Virus record (IMG/VR): IMGVR_UViG_3300037634_005504
Location: 1-40,897 of that record
Direction: 5' to 3' (one strand)
Source of the DNA: a virus
Lineage: Duplodnaviria; Caudoviricetes
DNA length: 40,897 nucleotides
Shown here: one piece after another, positions 24,650-32,788 of the stretch
How positions within the stretch are numbered: the first letter of the stretch is position 1
Layout: every line of letters starts with the position of its first letter
Notes under the pieces: model-generated
Seen by the model: only the letters and a program-made list of their open reading frames with translations
Told to the model about the DNA's origin: nothing
Database searches by the model: none
Position numbers and translations under genes: made by a program

Positions 24650-26389
24650 ATGAGTGAAACTTATGAAGTTAAAGCTGATGCTAAAGCGATATCAAACATT
24701 ATCGACAACCTAAGCCGGGGCTGCAAGCCCAGTTCGGTAATTCGGGAGCTAGTTAAAAACGGGTGGGAGGCGACGCAGCGAAAGGGCGTTAGCGAAGAGA
24801 GCCCAGGAATTGTGAGAATTGCCCGCGACAGCGAGCACCCCGAAAAAGCTGTTATTACCAATGCAGGGGGAGACCCCTTAACACGGGATGTGGCGAAAGA
24901 TAGTCTTGCCTCGATTGGAAATACAGGAAACGATCCCGACGATAATTTTGGAATCGGCGCCAAAATATCCTACTTGCCGAGTCACCCCGAGGGACTTCAC
25001 TATCGGTCGCGTGAGGAAAAGGTAGCCTTCACATTTTACAAAGACCCCCAGAACATTTATGGATTCAAACTTGAAAAGTTTGAGGACGGCGACTGTGCAC
25101 ATTTTATTGAGTGCTCTGAGGAAGAATTTAGATTTCCTGATTCGGAAACCGAGGTAGTTCTCATGGGGAAGACTCCCCAAGACGATTCATGGCTCGAATT
25201 GTGCAAAGTGGCATCTAAAACTGGTGACGAGGACGCGTTTACGGGTTGGACTATTTTCGACCACTTAAACGCGCGTTTTTGGGAAGCGCCCCCTCATTGC
25301 GAGGCCGAGATCTATCTGTACGATGAGGAAGGCAACCACACGCAAGTTGCTAAGTGTTCTTTCTTGAAGAAAATCAAAGAAAGCAAGGAGGTTCATGGTA
25401 CGGTACATGTGGATAAGGGGACATACGTTGGAACCAAAATACATTATTATGCTCAGGATGTTAACAGGGGAAAGAAAAAGGGTACTCGTGACATTGCTGG
25501 CTATGTTGGTTATGTTCACAACGGAGAGGTCTTTATTCAAAAGGATATTGCTGCATCTGCCCGCAAACGCCGCATGGAAAATGCCGGTATCATTGTAAGC
25601 CACAAGAACGTGCTGATTTTGGCCGAGTTGCCGGAGTCCATGAACCTTCGAGCCCGCGCCGATCGGTCGGATGTTGTAAATGAGGCAGGTACTTCCGTCG
25701 ATGACATGCTGGGGGACATTGCAAACGAATTTCGCGACCGCATGCCAGATAATTTGAAGAGCTGGATGAATTCCAATTTCATCGAGCCGAATAGTGATGT
25801 TACTCAAGAGGCAGAAAAGATTTATAAGAAGCAGTCCAGTTCATCCGGTGCAGCAAATGCAGCCTCCCGAGGTACGGCCGCTCAAGGAGGATCTACTGGT
25901 TCCTCTCCCGGTACCGGTACCGGATCGGGAACGAATAAGGGAAGTACGGGAACGGGTAAGAAGCGTAAGAGGAAGCCTCAGTCTGGAACTAGTACTAAGA
26001 GCAACGGCAGCGCCCCGGCATTCAAAATGGCTCCCGAAGGTGCCGACGAACCACTCGCCTCGTTCCCTTTGTCGGCCTATACTATAACAATTAATACGGA
26101 AAACCCCATCTTCAAAAGCCTTGTGGACACATTTGAGACAGAGTTTGCCGGAGCGCCCCTGGAACAAGCTGTAGCGGAAGAGTTGTACTTGCAAATTTGT
26201 TACTGGCACGCTACACTGCTTCAAGCATATGGAGCTTCGGAATCCGAAGACAAGATTGAGGCAAGAATGGAAGCCGACCGACTGGACGCTGTCGGAAGCC
26301 CCCTGAGTCATCGAGGGATCAAGAAGAGACTTGAGAAATATGTTAAACAACATGAGCGCGAAGAAGCCCTACTGCTAGACGAGGACTAA
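24650..26389 (+). CDS. GHKL (HATPase_c, MORC-like) ATPase with G/S/T-rich linker
   Basis: IRELVKNGWEA (N box), ITNAGG, NFGIGAK (G2 box). Confidence 0.75.
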   Translation: MSETYEVKADAKAISNIIDNLSRGCKPSSVIRELVKNGWEATQRKGVSEESPGIVRIARDSEHPEKAVITNAGGDPLTRDVAKDSLASIGNTGNDPDDNFGIGAKISYLPSHPEGLHYRSREEKVAFTFYKDPQNIYGFKLEKFEDGDCAHFIECSEEEFRFPDSETEVVLMGKTPQDDSWLELCKVASKTGDEDAFTGWTIFDHLNARFWEAPPHCEAEIYLYDEEGNHTQVAKCSFLKKIKESKEVHGTVHVDKGTYVGTKIHYYAQDVNRGKKKGTRDIAGYVGYVHNGEVFIQKDIAASARKRRMENAGIIVSHKNVLILAELPESMNLRARADRSDVVNEAGTSVDDMLGDIANEFRDRMPDNLKSWMNSNFIEPNSDVTQEAEKIYKKQSSSSGAANAASRGTAAQGGSTGSSPGTGTGSGTNKGSTGTGKKRKRKPQSGTSTKSNGSAPAFKMAPEGADEPLASFPLSAYTITINTENPIFKSLVDTFETEFAGAPLEQAVAEELYLQICYWHATLLQAYGASESEDKIEARMEADRLDAVGSPLSHRGIKKRLEKYVKQHEREEALLLDED

Positions 26390-26400
26390 ACGAATGGCGC

Positions 26401-26486
26401 GGCGTGGTGGTGGAATCGGTATACACAGCAGACTTAAAATCTGCCGCCATAACGGCTTGCGGGTTCGAGTCCCGCCCACGCTACCA
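26401..26486 (+). tRNA. tRNA-Leu(UAA)
   Basis: Acceptor GGCGTGG/CCACGCT, anticodon arm GCAGA-CTTAAAA-TCTGC, long variable arm, CCA. Confidence 0.95.
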
Positions 26487-26499
26487 TTAAGGAAAACAA

Positions 26500-26655
26500 A
26501 TGAGAACTTATCTTAACCTTGAAAAGGGACAAATTCAAGCACTGTTGCGCGCACTGGAAGAACTAGAGGTTTTTCGGGGCTTCCTTACACCACAGCAGGC
26601 ATTTGTTGAGACACTTTTGATAGAGGCGCTCGATAAAATCGACACAGGAATGTAA
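26500..26655 (+). CDS. 51-aa hypothetical protein
   Basis: AAGGA RBS; MRTYLNLEKGQIQALLRALEEL... Confidence 0.6.
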   Translation: MRTYLNLEKGQIQALLRALEELEVFRGFLTPQQAFVETLLIEALDKIDTGM

Positions 26656-26657
26656 AT

Positions 26658-26921
26658 ATGAGTGTAATGGGACCAGACGGAAAAATTCATCAAGCTGACG
26701 GAAGTTGGTGGTCGCCCTATGGCAACACCGATGAAGAAATTCAAGAAAATCTTAAGACGGGAAACATGCCGAATGCTCCTGACGCAATGCGCGTAGGACC
26801 CTCGCGCTACTTCACCGGAACCAAAGAGGGCGACGAGAACCTATCAGATTTCCTGGGAGACATAGGCGCTCTCGGTGGACAAGCAAAAGAATCTTACGAG
26901 AAAAGAAAGAAAAAGAGTTAG
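26658..26921 (+). CDS. hypothetical protein
   Basis: AGGA RBS; 87 aa. Confidence 0.65.
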   Translation: MSVMGPDGKIHQADGSWWSPYGNTDEEIQENLKTGNMPNAPDAMRVGPSRYFTGTKEGDENLSDFLGDIGALGGQAKESYEKRKKKS

Positions 26922-26970
26922 ACTGTGCTTACGAACCTAAGTGAATACTCGCGAGTGACCTACCCTGCGC

Positions 26971-27047
26971 AGGGCAGTAACTCAGTAGGTCAGAGTAGCG
27001 TTCTTATAAAGCGCCGGTCCCGGGTTCAAGTCCCGGTTGCCCTACCA
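26971..27047 (+). tRNA. tRNA-Ile(UAU)
   Basis: Acceptor AGGGCAG/TTGCCCT, anticodon arm GCGTT-CTTATAA-AGCGC (TAT at 27005-27007), A discriminator, CCA. Confidence 0.9.
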
Positions 27048-27063
27048 ATTTTAAGGAGAGAAA

Positions 27064-27372
27064 ATGTATAAAAGAAACAAGCAAGTTGTCTGCGCCGACG
27101 GATTTAATATGTCGGTTCAAGCACACGACGGAGCCTATTGCGACCCGCGCAAAGACGCCGCCCGCAAATATACTTTGGTAGAAATTGGCTTTCCGTCCCG
27201 GGCGGAAGAGTTGATTATGCCCTGGGCCGAAGACCAAAATGACCCTACAGGCACAGTCTACGGCTATGTCCCCGTAGATGTTGTTACAAATGTTATTGTA
27301 AAGCATGGGGGAATGGTGGAGGGCGAAGTGCCGCCTGGCGTTGTACCGGTTCCCCGATTAAACAATGATTAA
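27064..27372 (+). CDS. conserved-looking phage hypothetical protein
   Basis: AAGGAG RBS; CADGFNMSVQA..YCDPR..VEIGFP..TVYGYVP..KHGG. Confidence 0.8.
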   Translation: MYKRNKQVVCADGFNMSVQAHDGAYCDPRKDAARKYTLVEIGFPSRAEELIMPWAEDQNDPTGTVYGYVPVDVVTNVIVKHGGMVEGEVPPGVVPVPRLNND

Positions 27373-27754
27373 AAATGTTTTTGTAGTTATTTTGCTCCTC
27401 CTGAGTGGGTGTTTCGTCTACTTAGACGACACCCCCAGTCGATCTTCAAGTTCTTATAGCTATGGAAACGTGTGGCTCGAAAGTCCTTATATTTCCTGTA
27501 GTTATGACGCCTACTGGGATATATCTGATTGGATATTTGAAGTGCATGTCGATTCGTATTATGGCGAGCAGGAGGTTATGGAAGTTGGCTTCTATATCAA
27601 CAACTATGACTATCAGTATATGGATTACGTGGGAAATGGCTGGTGGTATCGAAATATTGTAAGCACTTATTACGATTGTGATAGGTACTACCATTTTGAT
27701 TTTGTCGCAGCCGATTATGATGGCTTCGAAGGATATTACGTTTATGAGTGGTGA
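27365..27754 (+). CDS. Tyr/Asp-rich lipoprotein
   Basis: Signal peptide with lipobox LSGC. Confidence 0.72.
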   Translation: MIKNVFVVILLLLSGCFVYLDDTPSRSSSSYSYGNVWLESPYISCSYDAYWDISDWIFEVHVDSYYGEQEVMEVGFYINNYDYQYMDYVGNGWWYRNIVSTYYDCDRYYHFDFVAADYDGFEGYYVYEW

Positions 27755-27989
27755 GAATTCTAATTTTAAGTTTAAGTTGGGTGATATTGTTGTCCCCGCT
27801 TTGCCCAAACAGTTGGGCTTTCCGACTGGTCCCAGCACCGTGACGGGTTTGCAGCTGAACGGCTATGTAATAATAGAGCCGATCGGCACACCGCAACGGC
27901 TTCTAGTGGAGTCCAAGGATTATGAGAGATTTGAAGGAGAAGTTGTCGCATCTGATGACAGTAATCCTGCACCGCCTGCCGGGGGGTGA
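27744..27989 (+). CDS. KOW/SH3-like small protein
   Basis: FKFKLGDIVV; ATG 27744. Confidence 0.6.
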   Translation: MSGENSNFKFKLGDIVVPALPKQLGFPTGPSTVTGLQLNGYVIIEPIGTPQRLLVESKDYERFEGEVVASDDSNPAPPAGG

Positions 27990-28110
27990 ACAACGGCGCT
28001 GCTTTCACAAAAGTAAAAATGCCACCCGATGTATAAAGCACTTCAACCATTGGGGGATGTGTGAGGATGCGTGGCGATTTAAGTGGAAACGCCGCGTCTA
28101 TAAACTCTAA
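27955..28110 (+). CDS. small Cys/His protein
   Basis: AAGGAG upstream; C-x9-C-x5-H-x3-C. Confidence 0.5.
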   Translation: MTVILHRLPGGEQRRCFHKSKNATRCIKHFNHWGMCEDAWRFKWKRRVYKL

Positions 28111-28124
28111 TATAAAAAAAACCT

Positions 28125-28153
28125 TTGACTTATATCGCTCACTGTGCTACGCT
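28125..28153 (+). promoter_or_regulatory. sigma70-type promoter, probably leaderless
   Basis: TTGACT-N17-TACGCT, TGn; ATG begins 7 nt after the -10 end. Confidence 0.65.
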
Positions 28154-28159
28154 AGAAGC

Positions 28160-28315
28160 ATGAAGATCGGGGATTTAGTGCGACGACATTCCGGGAAGAG
28201 GCTGGGCGTCGTATTGCAAGTGAGAGACGGATATGTAAAAGTATGTTGGGACGGACAAACTGATGGAGTTTGGAGTCCCATAAAAGCATTGGAAATTGTA
28301 AATGAAGCGTGGTGA
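28160..28315 (+). CDS. KOW/SH3-like array protein
   Basis: MKIGDLV...LGVVL...VKVCW...ALEIV. Confidence 0.8.
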   Translation: MKIGDLVRRHSGKRLGVVLQVRDGYVKVCWDGQTDGVWSPIKALEIVNEAW

Positions 28316-28523
28316 CTTGATAAGATATGGCGGATTTGGTGACAATCCTGCTTTTCCCGGCTGCCTAGGAGTGCTGCTGCGAAAACTACAGTACGACTGC
28401 GAGGAGGACGTAGGCTCAAGTAATTGGGACGGCGCTCCCGCGTGGTGGATTCAGTTTGTAAATGACGACGGACCAACGTGGTCCTATGAAGAAGAACTAA
28501 CACTAGTAACAAAAGGAAACTAA
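28302..28523 (+). CDS. KOW/SH3-like array protein
   Basis: MKRGDLI...LGVLL...WWIQF...ELTLV. Confidence 0.8.
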   Translation: MKRGDLIRYGGFGDNPAFPGCLGVLLRKLQYDCEEDVGSSNWDGAPAWWIQFVNDDGPTWSYEEELTLVTKGN

Positions 28524-28760
28524 ATGAGTAACTATCATTTGTACCCCGGTGATATGTTCAGGACTAAGGCTGGTCTGGGACTTATCGTAAAGAAAAGCGG
28601 TGGCTACTTCACCTACTCAACTGTGGGGGACGACCAGAAGAAGGCTTACCAAACAATTGAAACAAAGCGGTTCTATGGTTATTGTGACGATATGAGCCAC
28701 GGACAAATACTGGAAGTGATACTGCTTCCAAACCGGAAATACCGGAGAAAGAGAAAGTAA
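28524..28760 (+). CDS. KOW/SH3-like array protein with basic tail
   Basis: LYPGDMF...LGLIV. Confidence 0.7.
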   Translation: MSNYHLYPGDMFRTKAGLGLIVKKSGGYFTYSTVGDDQKKAYQTIETKRFYGYCDDMSHGQILEVILLPNRKYRRKRK

Positions 28761-28963
28761 TGGATATTGGCGATAAGGTACAACATTTTGGAACTGGTTC
28801 AGTAGGAACCATTATTGATAGCAGCTATGAGGTGGAGACACCATTTCAGCAGTTGTGCGTTCAGTGGGAAGACGACTTGGCTCCCCACAAGAATTCATGG
28901 GAAAGACGCGCAGACCTGGACGTAGTTTTGGCCGCCGCCTACGACTTCCACATTAACGATTAG
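28760..28963 (+). CDS. KOW/SH3-like array protein
   Basis: MDIGDKV...VGTII...CVQW...DLDVV. Confidence 0.8.
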   Translation: MDIGDKVQHFGTGSVGTIIDSSYEVETPFQQLCVQWEDDLAPHKNSWERRADLDVVLAAAYDFHIND

Positions 28964-28966
28964 GGG

Positions 28967-28995
28967 TTGACAGCAGCCGCGTTCCGTGGTATGCT
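28967..28995 (+). promoter_or_regulatory. sigma70-type early promoter
   Basis: TTGACA-N17-TATGCT; 23 nt identical to 24429-24451. Confidence 0.8.
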
Positions 28996-29018
28996 GTAAG
29001 CACAATGGAGGTAGAGAA

Positions 29019-29399
29019 ATGGGCTATCGCTCGTCAGTTGTCCTAGCAATCAGTAAACATCTTACACCGTTTTTTATGATGAAGGTTTCTCAAAATAAGG
29101 AAGCCGAAGAGTTGGTGTTCAAACACGCCGACGAGTTTGACCGTGATTACCAGGGCGACAAATCCTGGCTTATTCGGTTCGACAGCATCAAATGGTACGA
29201 GGATTTCGATGACATTGGAACACTTGAGAAGTTCATTAGTGAGGCTTCGAGTGACGAGTATGAGTTTGAGGTTGATGGGGAGGCGCAATCCTCCTGTGAA
29301 CACATTAGGTTTGTCAGAGTTGGCGAGGAGTCAGGCGATGTCGAAATGATGGGCGACGGTTTCTGGGACATTTACCCTCACACCTCAATCAATTATTAG
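29019..29399 (+). CDS. acidic phage hypothetical protein
   Basis: GGAGG RBS; MGYRSSV...IKWYE...FVRVGEE. Confidence 0.78.
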   Translation: MGYRSSVVLAISKHLTPFFMMKVSQNKEAEELVFKHADEFDRDYQGDKSWLIRFDSIKWYEDFDDIGTLEKFISEASSDEYEFEVDGEAQSSCEHIRFVRVGEESGDVEMMGDGFWDIYPHTSINY

Positions 29400-29408
29400 G
29401 AGTACAAG

Positions 29409-29573
29409 ATGCCGCAAAAAGGTGATCTGGTCCAAATCAAAGTCGGACCCACTATCCTTCCTAAGATTGGGCTTGTGATAAAATACGACAAGACAACTAA
29501 TCATTTCTGGGTCAAGTGGCCCACGAAGTCCTGCTGGGAAAGCCCCCACTTTTTGAAAGTAATAGAATGTTAG
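29409..29573 (+). CDS. KOW/SH3-like array protein (54 aa, absent from ORF track)
   Basis: AGGAG RBS; MPQKGDLV...IGLVI...WVKW...FLKVI. Confidence 0.78.
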   Translation: MPQKGDLVQIKVGPTILPKIGLVIKYDKTTNHFWVKWPTKSCWESPHFLKVIEC

Positions 29574-29629
29574 AGATTTTAATTGGAACTGCCTGCATAA
29601 TCTATATTTGGAAGGCACTAAGTAAATGA
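29567..29629 (+). CDS. 20-aa hydrophobic micro-peptide
   Basis: MLEILIGTACIIYIWKALSK; overlaps upstream stop and ATGA-coupled downstream. Confidence 0.5.
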   Translation: MLEILIGTACIIYIWKALSK

Positions 29630-29802
29630 AACTTCGTGGAATGACAATGATCGGCGCGTTGGTACGCGACTGCTCTCAGATAATGAAAATTGTTACAGGA
29701 TACAAGTGCGACCAACGCGGCGAGTGGATTCAGTTCGCAGGCGACCATGTAAACGCATGGTATCAATTGGAAAACTTTGAAATCCTTTCTCTGGAGCCAT
29801 GA
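29626..29802 (+). CDS. KOW/SH3-like array protein (58 aa)
   Basis: MIGALVR...WIQF...WYQLENFEIL. Confidence 0.68.
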   Translation: MKLRGMTMIGALVRDCSQIMKIVTGYKCDQRGEWIQFAGDHVNAWYQLENFEILSLEP

Positions 29803-29996
29803 TGGACTTTCAAGTAGGTGATTTGATTACACTAAAGCATTATGGGACTGGTAAAACACCAGCACCTCTTGCGATGGTCGTGAGTCTGGACGCCCTTGTG
29901 TTGGGCAGAATACAGATTCAGTTCTGTGATTCGTCGCGAGCCGAAATGGCTGCGCCCGAACACTGGAAAGTTGTAAGTAGAAATGAAAATCGGTGA
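29799..29996 (+). CDS. KOW/SH3-like array protein
   Basis: FQVGDLI; ends KVVSRNENR. Confidence 0.78.
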   Translation: MMDFQVGDLITLKHYGTGKTPAPLAMVVSLDALVLGRIQIQFCDSSRAEMAAPEHWKVVSRNENR

Positions 29997-30198
29997 TTTG
30001 GTAATGAAAGCCTTGGGAAGCGCCTCGCGCAACGATGCGGGCTTGGGACTTGTGATTGAGGTTGCGTTCCGCGCAGGTGAGCACACGCCCAGCGGGTACA
30101 AGGTTCAGTGGTCCAATGATTACGGCACCTTTTGGGCAAGCGCAAGCGAAGGTATACTGGAGAGAGTAAGTGAAGCGCGGCGACTTGCTGAGGTATGA
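29983..30198 (+). CDS. KOW/SH3-like array protein
   Basis: MKIGDLV...LGLVI...YKVQW. Confidence 0.8.
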   Translation: MKIGDLVMKALGSASRNDAGLGLVIEVAFRAGEHTPSGYKVQWSNDYGTFWASASEGILERVSEARRLAEV

Positions 30199-30319
30199 GG
30201 TTGATGGCTCGCTCTGGCTTGTTGAGTGGGCTGACGATAAATGGGTGAAAATCGTGGGCGTCACTCATGCTATTCTTTTTGAAGAATCGGGACTGGAGGT
30301 AATCAGTGAAAATCGGTGA
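30170..30319 (+). CDS. KOW/SH3-like array protein (49 aa, absent from ORF track)
   Basis: GTG start after GGAG; MKRGDLL...LEVISENR. Confidence 0.72.
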   Translation: MKRGDLLRYEVDGSLWLVEWADDKWVKIVGVTHAILFEESGLEVISENR

Positions 30320-30509
30320 CTTGGTAACTTATAAACAGCGCGCAGACTTGCAGAAGTTTCCGTGTCCGTGGGGTCGGATGGGGCTTATTGTTGGTAAGGG
30401 AGAATATAGCACTAAGAGCGGCAAGCGAATCAAGCGATGGAAGGTTTACTGGTTTGGCACCACGAACGAAGTACACTGGGAAGCAGAAGAACTGGAGATT
30501 GCACGATGA
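30306..30509 (+). CDS. KOW/SH3-like array protein
   Basis: MKIGDLV...MGLIV...WKVYW...ELEI. Confidence 0.8.
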   Translation: MKIGDLVTYKQRADLQKFPCPWGRMGLIVGKGEYSTKSGKRIKRWKVYWFGTTNEVHWEAEELEIAR

Positions 30510-30727
30510 AAATCGGTGATTATGTAAAGTGGGCTGGTGGTTCGCATCACAACCTACGAGGAATTGTTATAGACTCCCGCCACTTGGGCGGCTATGGACC
30601 CGAGCACAAGGTAATTTGGGAAACTCATACGCTGGGAAGCCTCAAAGTCAGCCCGGATGGGAGTTGGCAGGGAGAGCACAACCTAAGAATTGTTTCCCGT
30701 GTGGAGAAAAACGATGAAACTCGGTGA
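30506..30727 (+). CDS. KOW/SH3-like array protein
   Basis: MKIGDYV...RGIVI...HKVIW...NLRIV; ATG 30506. Confidence 0.8.
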   Translation: MKIGDYVKWAGGSHHNLRGIVIDSRHLGGYGPEHKVIWETHTLGSLKVSPDGSWQGEHNLRIVSRVEKNDETR

Positions 30728-30905
30728 CTTGGTAAGGTTTCGTTCCTCGTACCCGGATTGGCCTGTGGGAATGATTATAGAACAACACCCCACGCATGGC
30801 GCTCATCCACAAAGCGAATTCCGTGTTCGGTGGCTCGATGATGCCGGTAAAGATGTGAGTTGGGTGAGACGAAAAGACTTGGAAGTGCTCAGTGCAAGTA
30901 GGTGA
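30714..30905 (+). CDS. KOW/SH3-like array protein
   Basis: MKLGDLV...VGMII...FRVRW...DLEVL. Confidence 0.8.
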   Translation: MKLGDLVRFRSSYPDWPVGMIIEQHPTHGAHPQSEFRVRWLDDAGKDVSWVRRKDLEVLSASR

Positions 30906-31095
30906 TTTGGTGGTCGCCACCTATTATCGACCCACCGGAGCAGACTGGTATCAAGACATGTATGACACGCAAAGTGCGGCAGTCGTAGTGAGCGTGGAAG
31001 AGACAAACCGCGGCCAAATTTGGGTGCAGCTTATTTATGCCAATAAGTCTCACATCATAATGAAAGAGCATTTGAAAGTTGTGAGTTCTCTGTAA
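30892..31095 (+). CDS. KOW/SH3-like array protein
   Basis: MQVGDLV...AVVVSV...IWVQL...HLKVV. Confidence 0.78.
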   Translation: MQVGDLVVATYYRPTGADWYQDMYDTQSAAVVVSVEETNRGQIWVQLIYANKSHIIMKEHLKVVSSL

Positions 31096-31117
31096 TTCCT
31101 GTGATTAAAAATAGTTC

Positions 31118-31145
31118 TAGACTTTCACGCCCTGTGTGCTATACT
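31118..31145 (+). promoter_or_regulatory. sigma70-type early promoter
   Basis: TAGACT-N16-TATACT, TGn; downstream GTAAGCACGATGGAGG. Confidence 0.68.
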
Positions 31146-31169
31146 GTAAGCACGATGGAGGTACGGACT

Positions 31170-31406
31170 GTGAAGCAAGATGACTATAAACCCGGCGACC
31201 TAATTCTATTCTTTCAAGGGAACTCACGATTTGAAGAAGGTCCCGAAGAGATTGGTTGGATTGTTCGTCGCGACCACGATGACCCGTCCGAGCCTGCCGT
31301 TATGGTAGCATTCCCAGAACCTAACAAAAACGGTCTGCTTCACTACTTCGATGTAGAATTGCGAGAGTGGGAAAAAGCAGGAACCATCGAGGTGAAACGT
31401 GGCTAG
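31170..31406 (+). CDS. KOW/SH3-like array protein
   Basis: GTG after GGAGG (or ATG 31155); YKPGDLI...IGWIV. Confidence 0.72.
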   Translation: MKQDDYKPGDLILFFQGNSRFEEGPEEIGWIVRRDHDDPSEPAVMVAFPEPNKNGLLHYFDVELREWEKAGTIEVKRG

Positions 31407-31596
31407 CAAAGCACCACAAGTTGGAGATGTTGTAAAGTCCCGAGTGACCACCGAGAGTGTGGCGGGATTTATTGTAGGGAAAGAAGGCATTCACGTTTGG
31501 GTGCGGTTTTTTGATACTGCGCTTGAGGGCGAATCTTGGGATGTTTACACCCGGCGCGACACTCTGGAGGTTTTGTCTCGTGCAAACGCAAGCTGA
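31399..31596 (+). CDS. KOW/SH3-like array protein
   Basis: PQVGDVV...AGFIV...VWVRF...TLEVL. Confidence 0.78.
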   Translation: MASKAPQVGDVVKSRVTTESVAGFIVGKEGIHVWVRFFDTALEGESWDVYTRRDTLEVLSRANAS

Positions 31597-31798
31597 TTTT
31601 AGAATTGGAACACTCCTTCGCTGGAATGGCGACGATACCGAGGGGGCCGACATTGACGAACTGGGAATTGTTATTCAGATGCCGGGAGAGACTGCTTATT
31701 ACTATATTGCGTGGGGCACAACCAACACCGTAAGCCACCACACCCCTGATATGGTTGAAGAATCACTGTATCAACAACAAATGGAGATTGTAGGATGA
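31580..31798 (+). CDS. KOW/SH3-like array protein
   Basis: GTG after GGAGG; FRIGTLL...LGIVI...YYIAW...MEIV. Confidence 0.75.
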   Translation: MQTQADFRIGTLLRWNGDDTEGADIDELGIVIQMPGETAYYYIAWGTTNTVSHHTPDMVEESLYQQQMEIVG

Positions 31799-32049
31799 TT
31801 CCAAAAGTAGGACAGTTGCTTCGGTGGTATGATCACAGCCATGCGCGCGCGTTTGTCGAGCGACCTCAAGAAAACAATGACATTGGGATTGTGAAAGAAG
31901 TTCATCTCGAAGGAGTCCACTTCTTTGACGACGATGCGTACGAATATGTTGTGGTTATTGATTGGTGTAAAGGACCTCACCATTCGGAGCACGACCAAGA
32001 AGAGTATGAAGAGTCTATCACCAGGGGTGAGATTGTGGTGGTAGAATGA
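31795..32049 (+). CDS. KOW/SH3-like array protein
   Basis: PKVGQLL...IGIVK...VVIDW...IVVV. Confidence 0.75.
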   Translation: MIPKVGQLLRWYDHSHARAFVERPQENNDIGIVKEVHLEGVHFFDDDAYEYVVVIDWCKGPHHSEHDQEEYEESITRGEIVVVE

Positions 32050-32135
32050 AACACAACTTGATAGGATGGATTATCCTTGCTGTGTTTCATAGTATAGTTT
32101 GGGTACTGGGTGCGCCGCCGAAGGACGAAAAGTGA
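32046..32135 (+). CDS. 29-aa hydrophobic micro-peptide
   Basis: MKHNLIGWIILAVFHSIVWVLGAPPKDEK; ATGA and TGATG coupling on both sides. Confidence 0.55.
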   Translation: MKHNLIGWIILAVFHSIVWVLGAPPKDEK

Positions 32136-32335
32136 TGAAGGTAGGAGATCTAGTACGGTTCATAGCAGTCGATGATACGTTCCACGGGCAGAAGGGCATT
32201 ATTGTCCGGTATGTGGAAGGCAATACTTACAGACAAGGCTTTCATTATGAAGTACAAACCTTTACGGGGCACACTATCGTAGCTCTGAGCTTTGAGCTAG
32301 AGTTGCTTGAAAATGAATATTACATCCCGGCTTAG
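32135..32335 (+). CDS. KOW/SH3-like array protein
   Basis: MKVGDLVRFI..FHGQKGIIV is a classic KOW pattern. Confidence 0.82.
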   Translation: MKVGDLVRFIAVDDTFHGQKGIIVRYVEGNTYRQGFHYEVQTFTGHTIVALSFELELLENEYYIPA

Positions 32336-32435
32336 AAAAATGGGGACAGAAGCATTGGAAATAGGTCTGGCTCTTTTCTGTCTGACGCTGCTTGAATATG
32401 AAAGGTTTATCAGGAGTAGAAATGAACGTCGGTGA
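32313..32435 (+). CDS. 40-aa micro-protein
   Basis: MNITSRLRKMGTEALEIGLALFCLTLLEYERFIRSRNERR; ends in the 14-nt junction. Confidence 0.5.
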   Translation: MNITSRLRKMGTEALEIGLALFCLTLLEYERFIRSRNERR

Positions 32436-32613
32436 TTTGATAACATATGTAAACCTTGAAGGACAAACAGACAATCCGCGCGAACTTGGAACAATCATTA
32501 GGGACCACCTTGAGTCCGATAACCATTATTACATTGTCTGGCACACTGCTGCTAATCAAGGCTGGTGGGACAAACGTTTTTTGAAGGTGGTGAGTAAACA
32601 TGAAAATCGGTGA
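32422..32613 (+). CDS. KOW/SH3-like array protein
   Basis: MNVGDLI...LGTII...YYIVW...FLKVV. Confidence 0.8.
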   Translation: MNVGDLITYVNLEGQTDNPRELGTIIRDHLESDNHYYIVWHTAANQGWWDKRFLKVVSKHENR

Positions 32614-32788
32614 CCTAGTAAGGTATCGGACCTCCACCCATCACGATGACTGGGGCGGCTGGCTGGGAATAATCGTGCGGGAAATCCCCGGCACTGATGA
32701 AATCAAAGTTATAGAATGGACTCACAGGAATAAAGGACGAGATCGCGGCTCATACCGTGCGAGAGATTTGGTATTGGTACAAAAATGA
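32600..32788 (+). CDS. KOW/SH3-like array protein
   Basis: MKIGDLV...LGIIV...KVIEW...DLVLV. Confidence 0.8.
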   Translation: MKIGDLVRYRTSTHHDDWGGWLGIIVREIPGTDEIKVIEWTHRNKGRDRGSYRARDLVLVQK

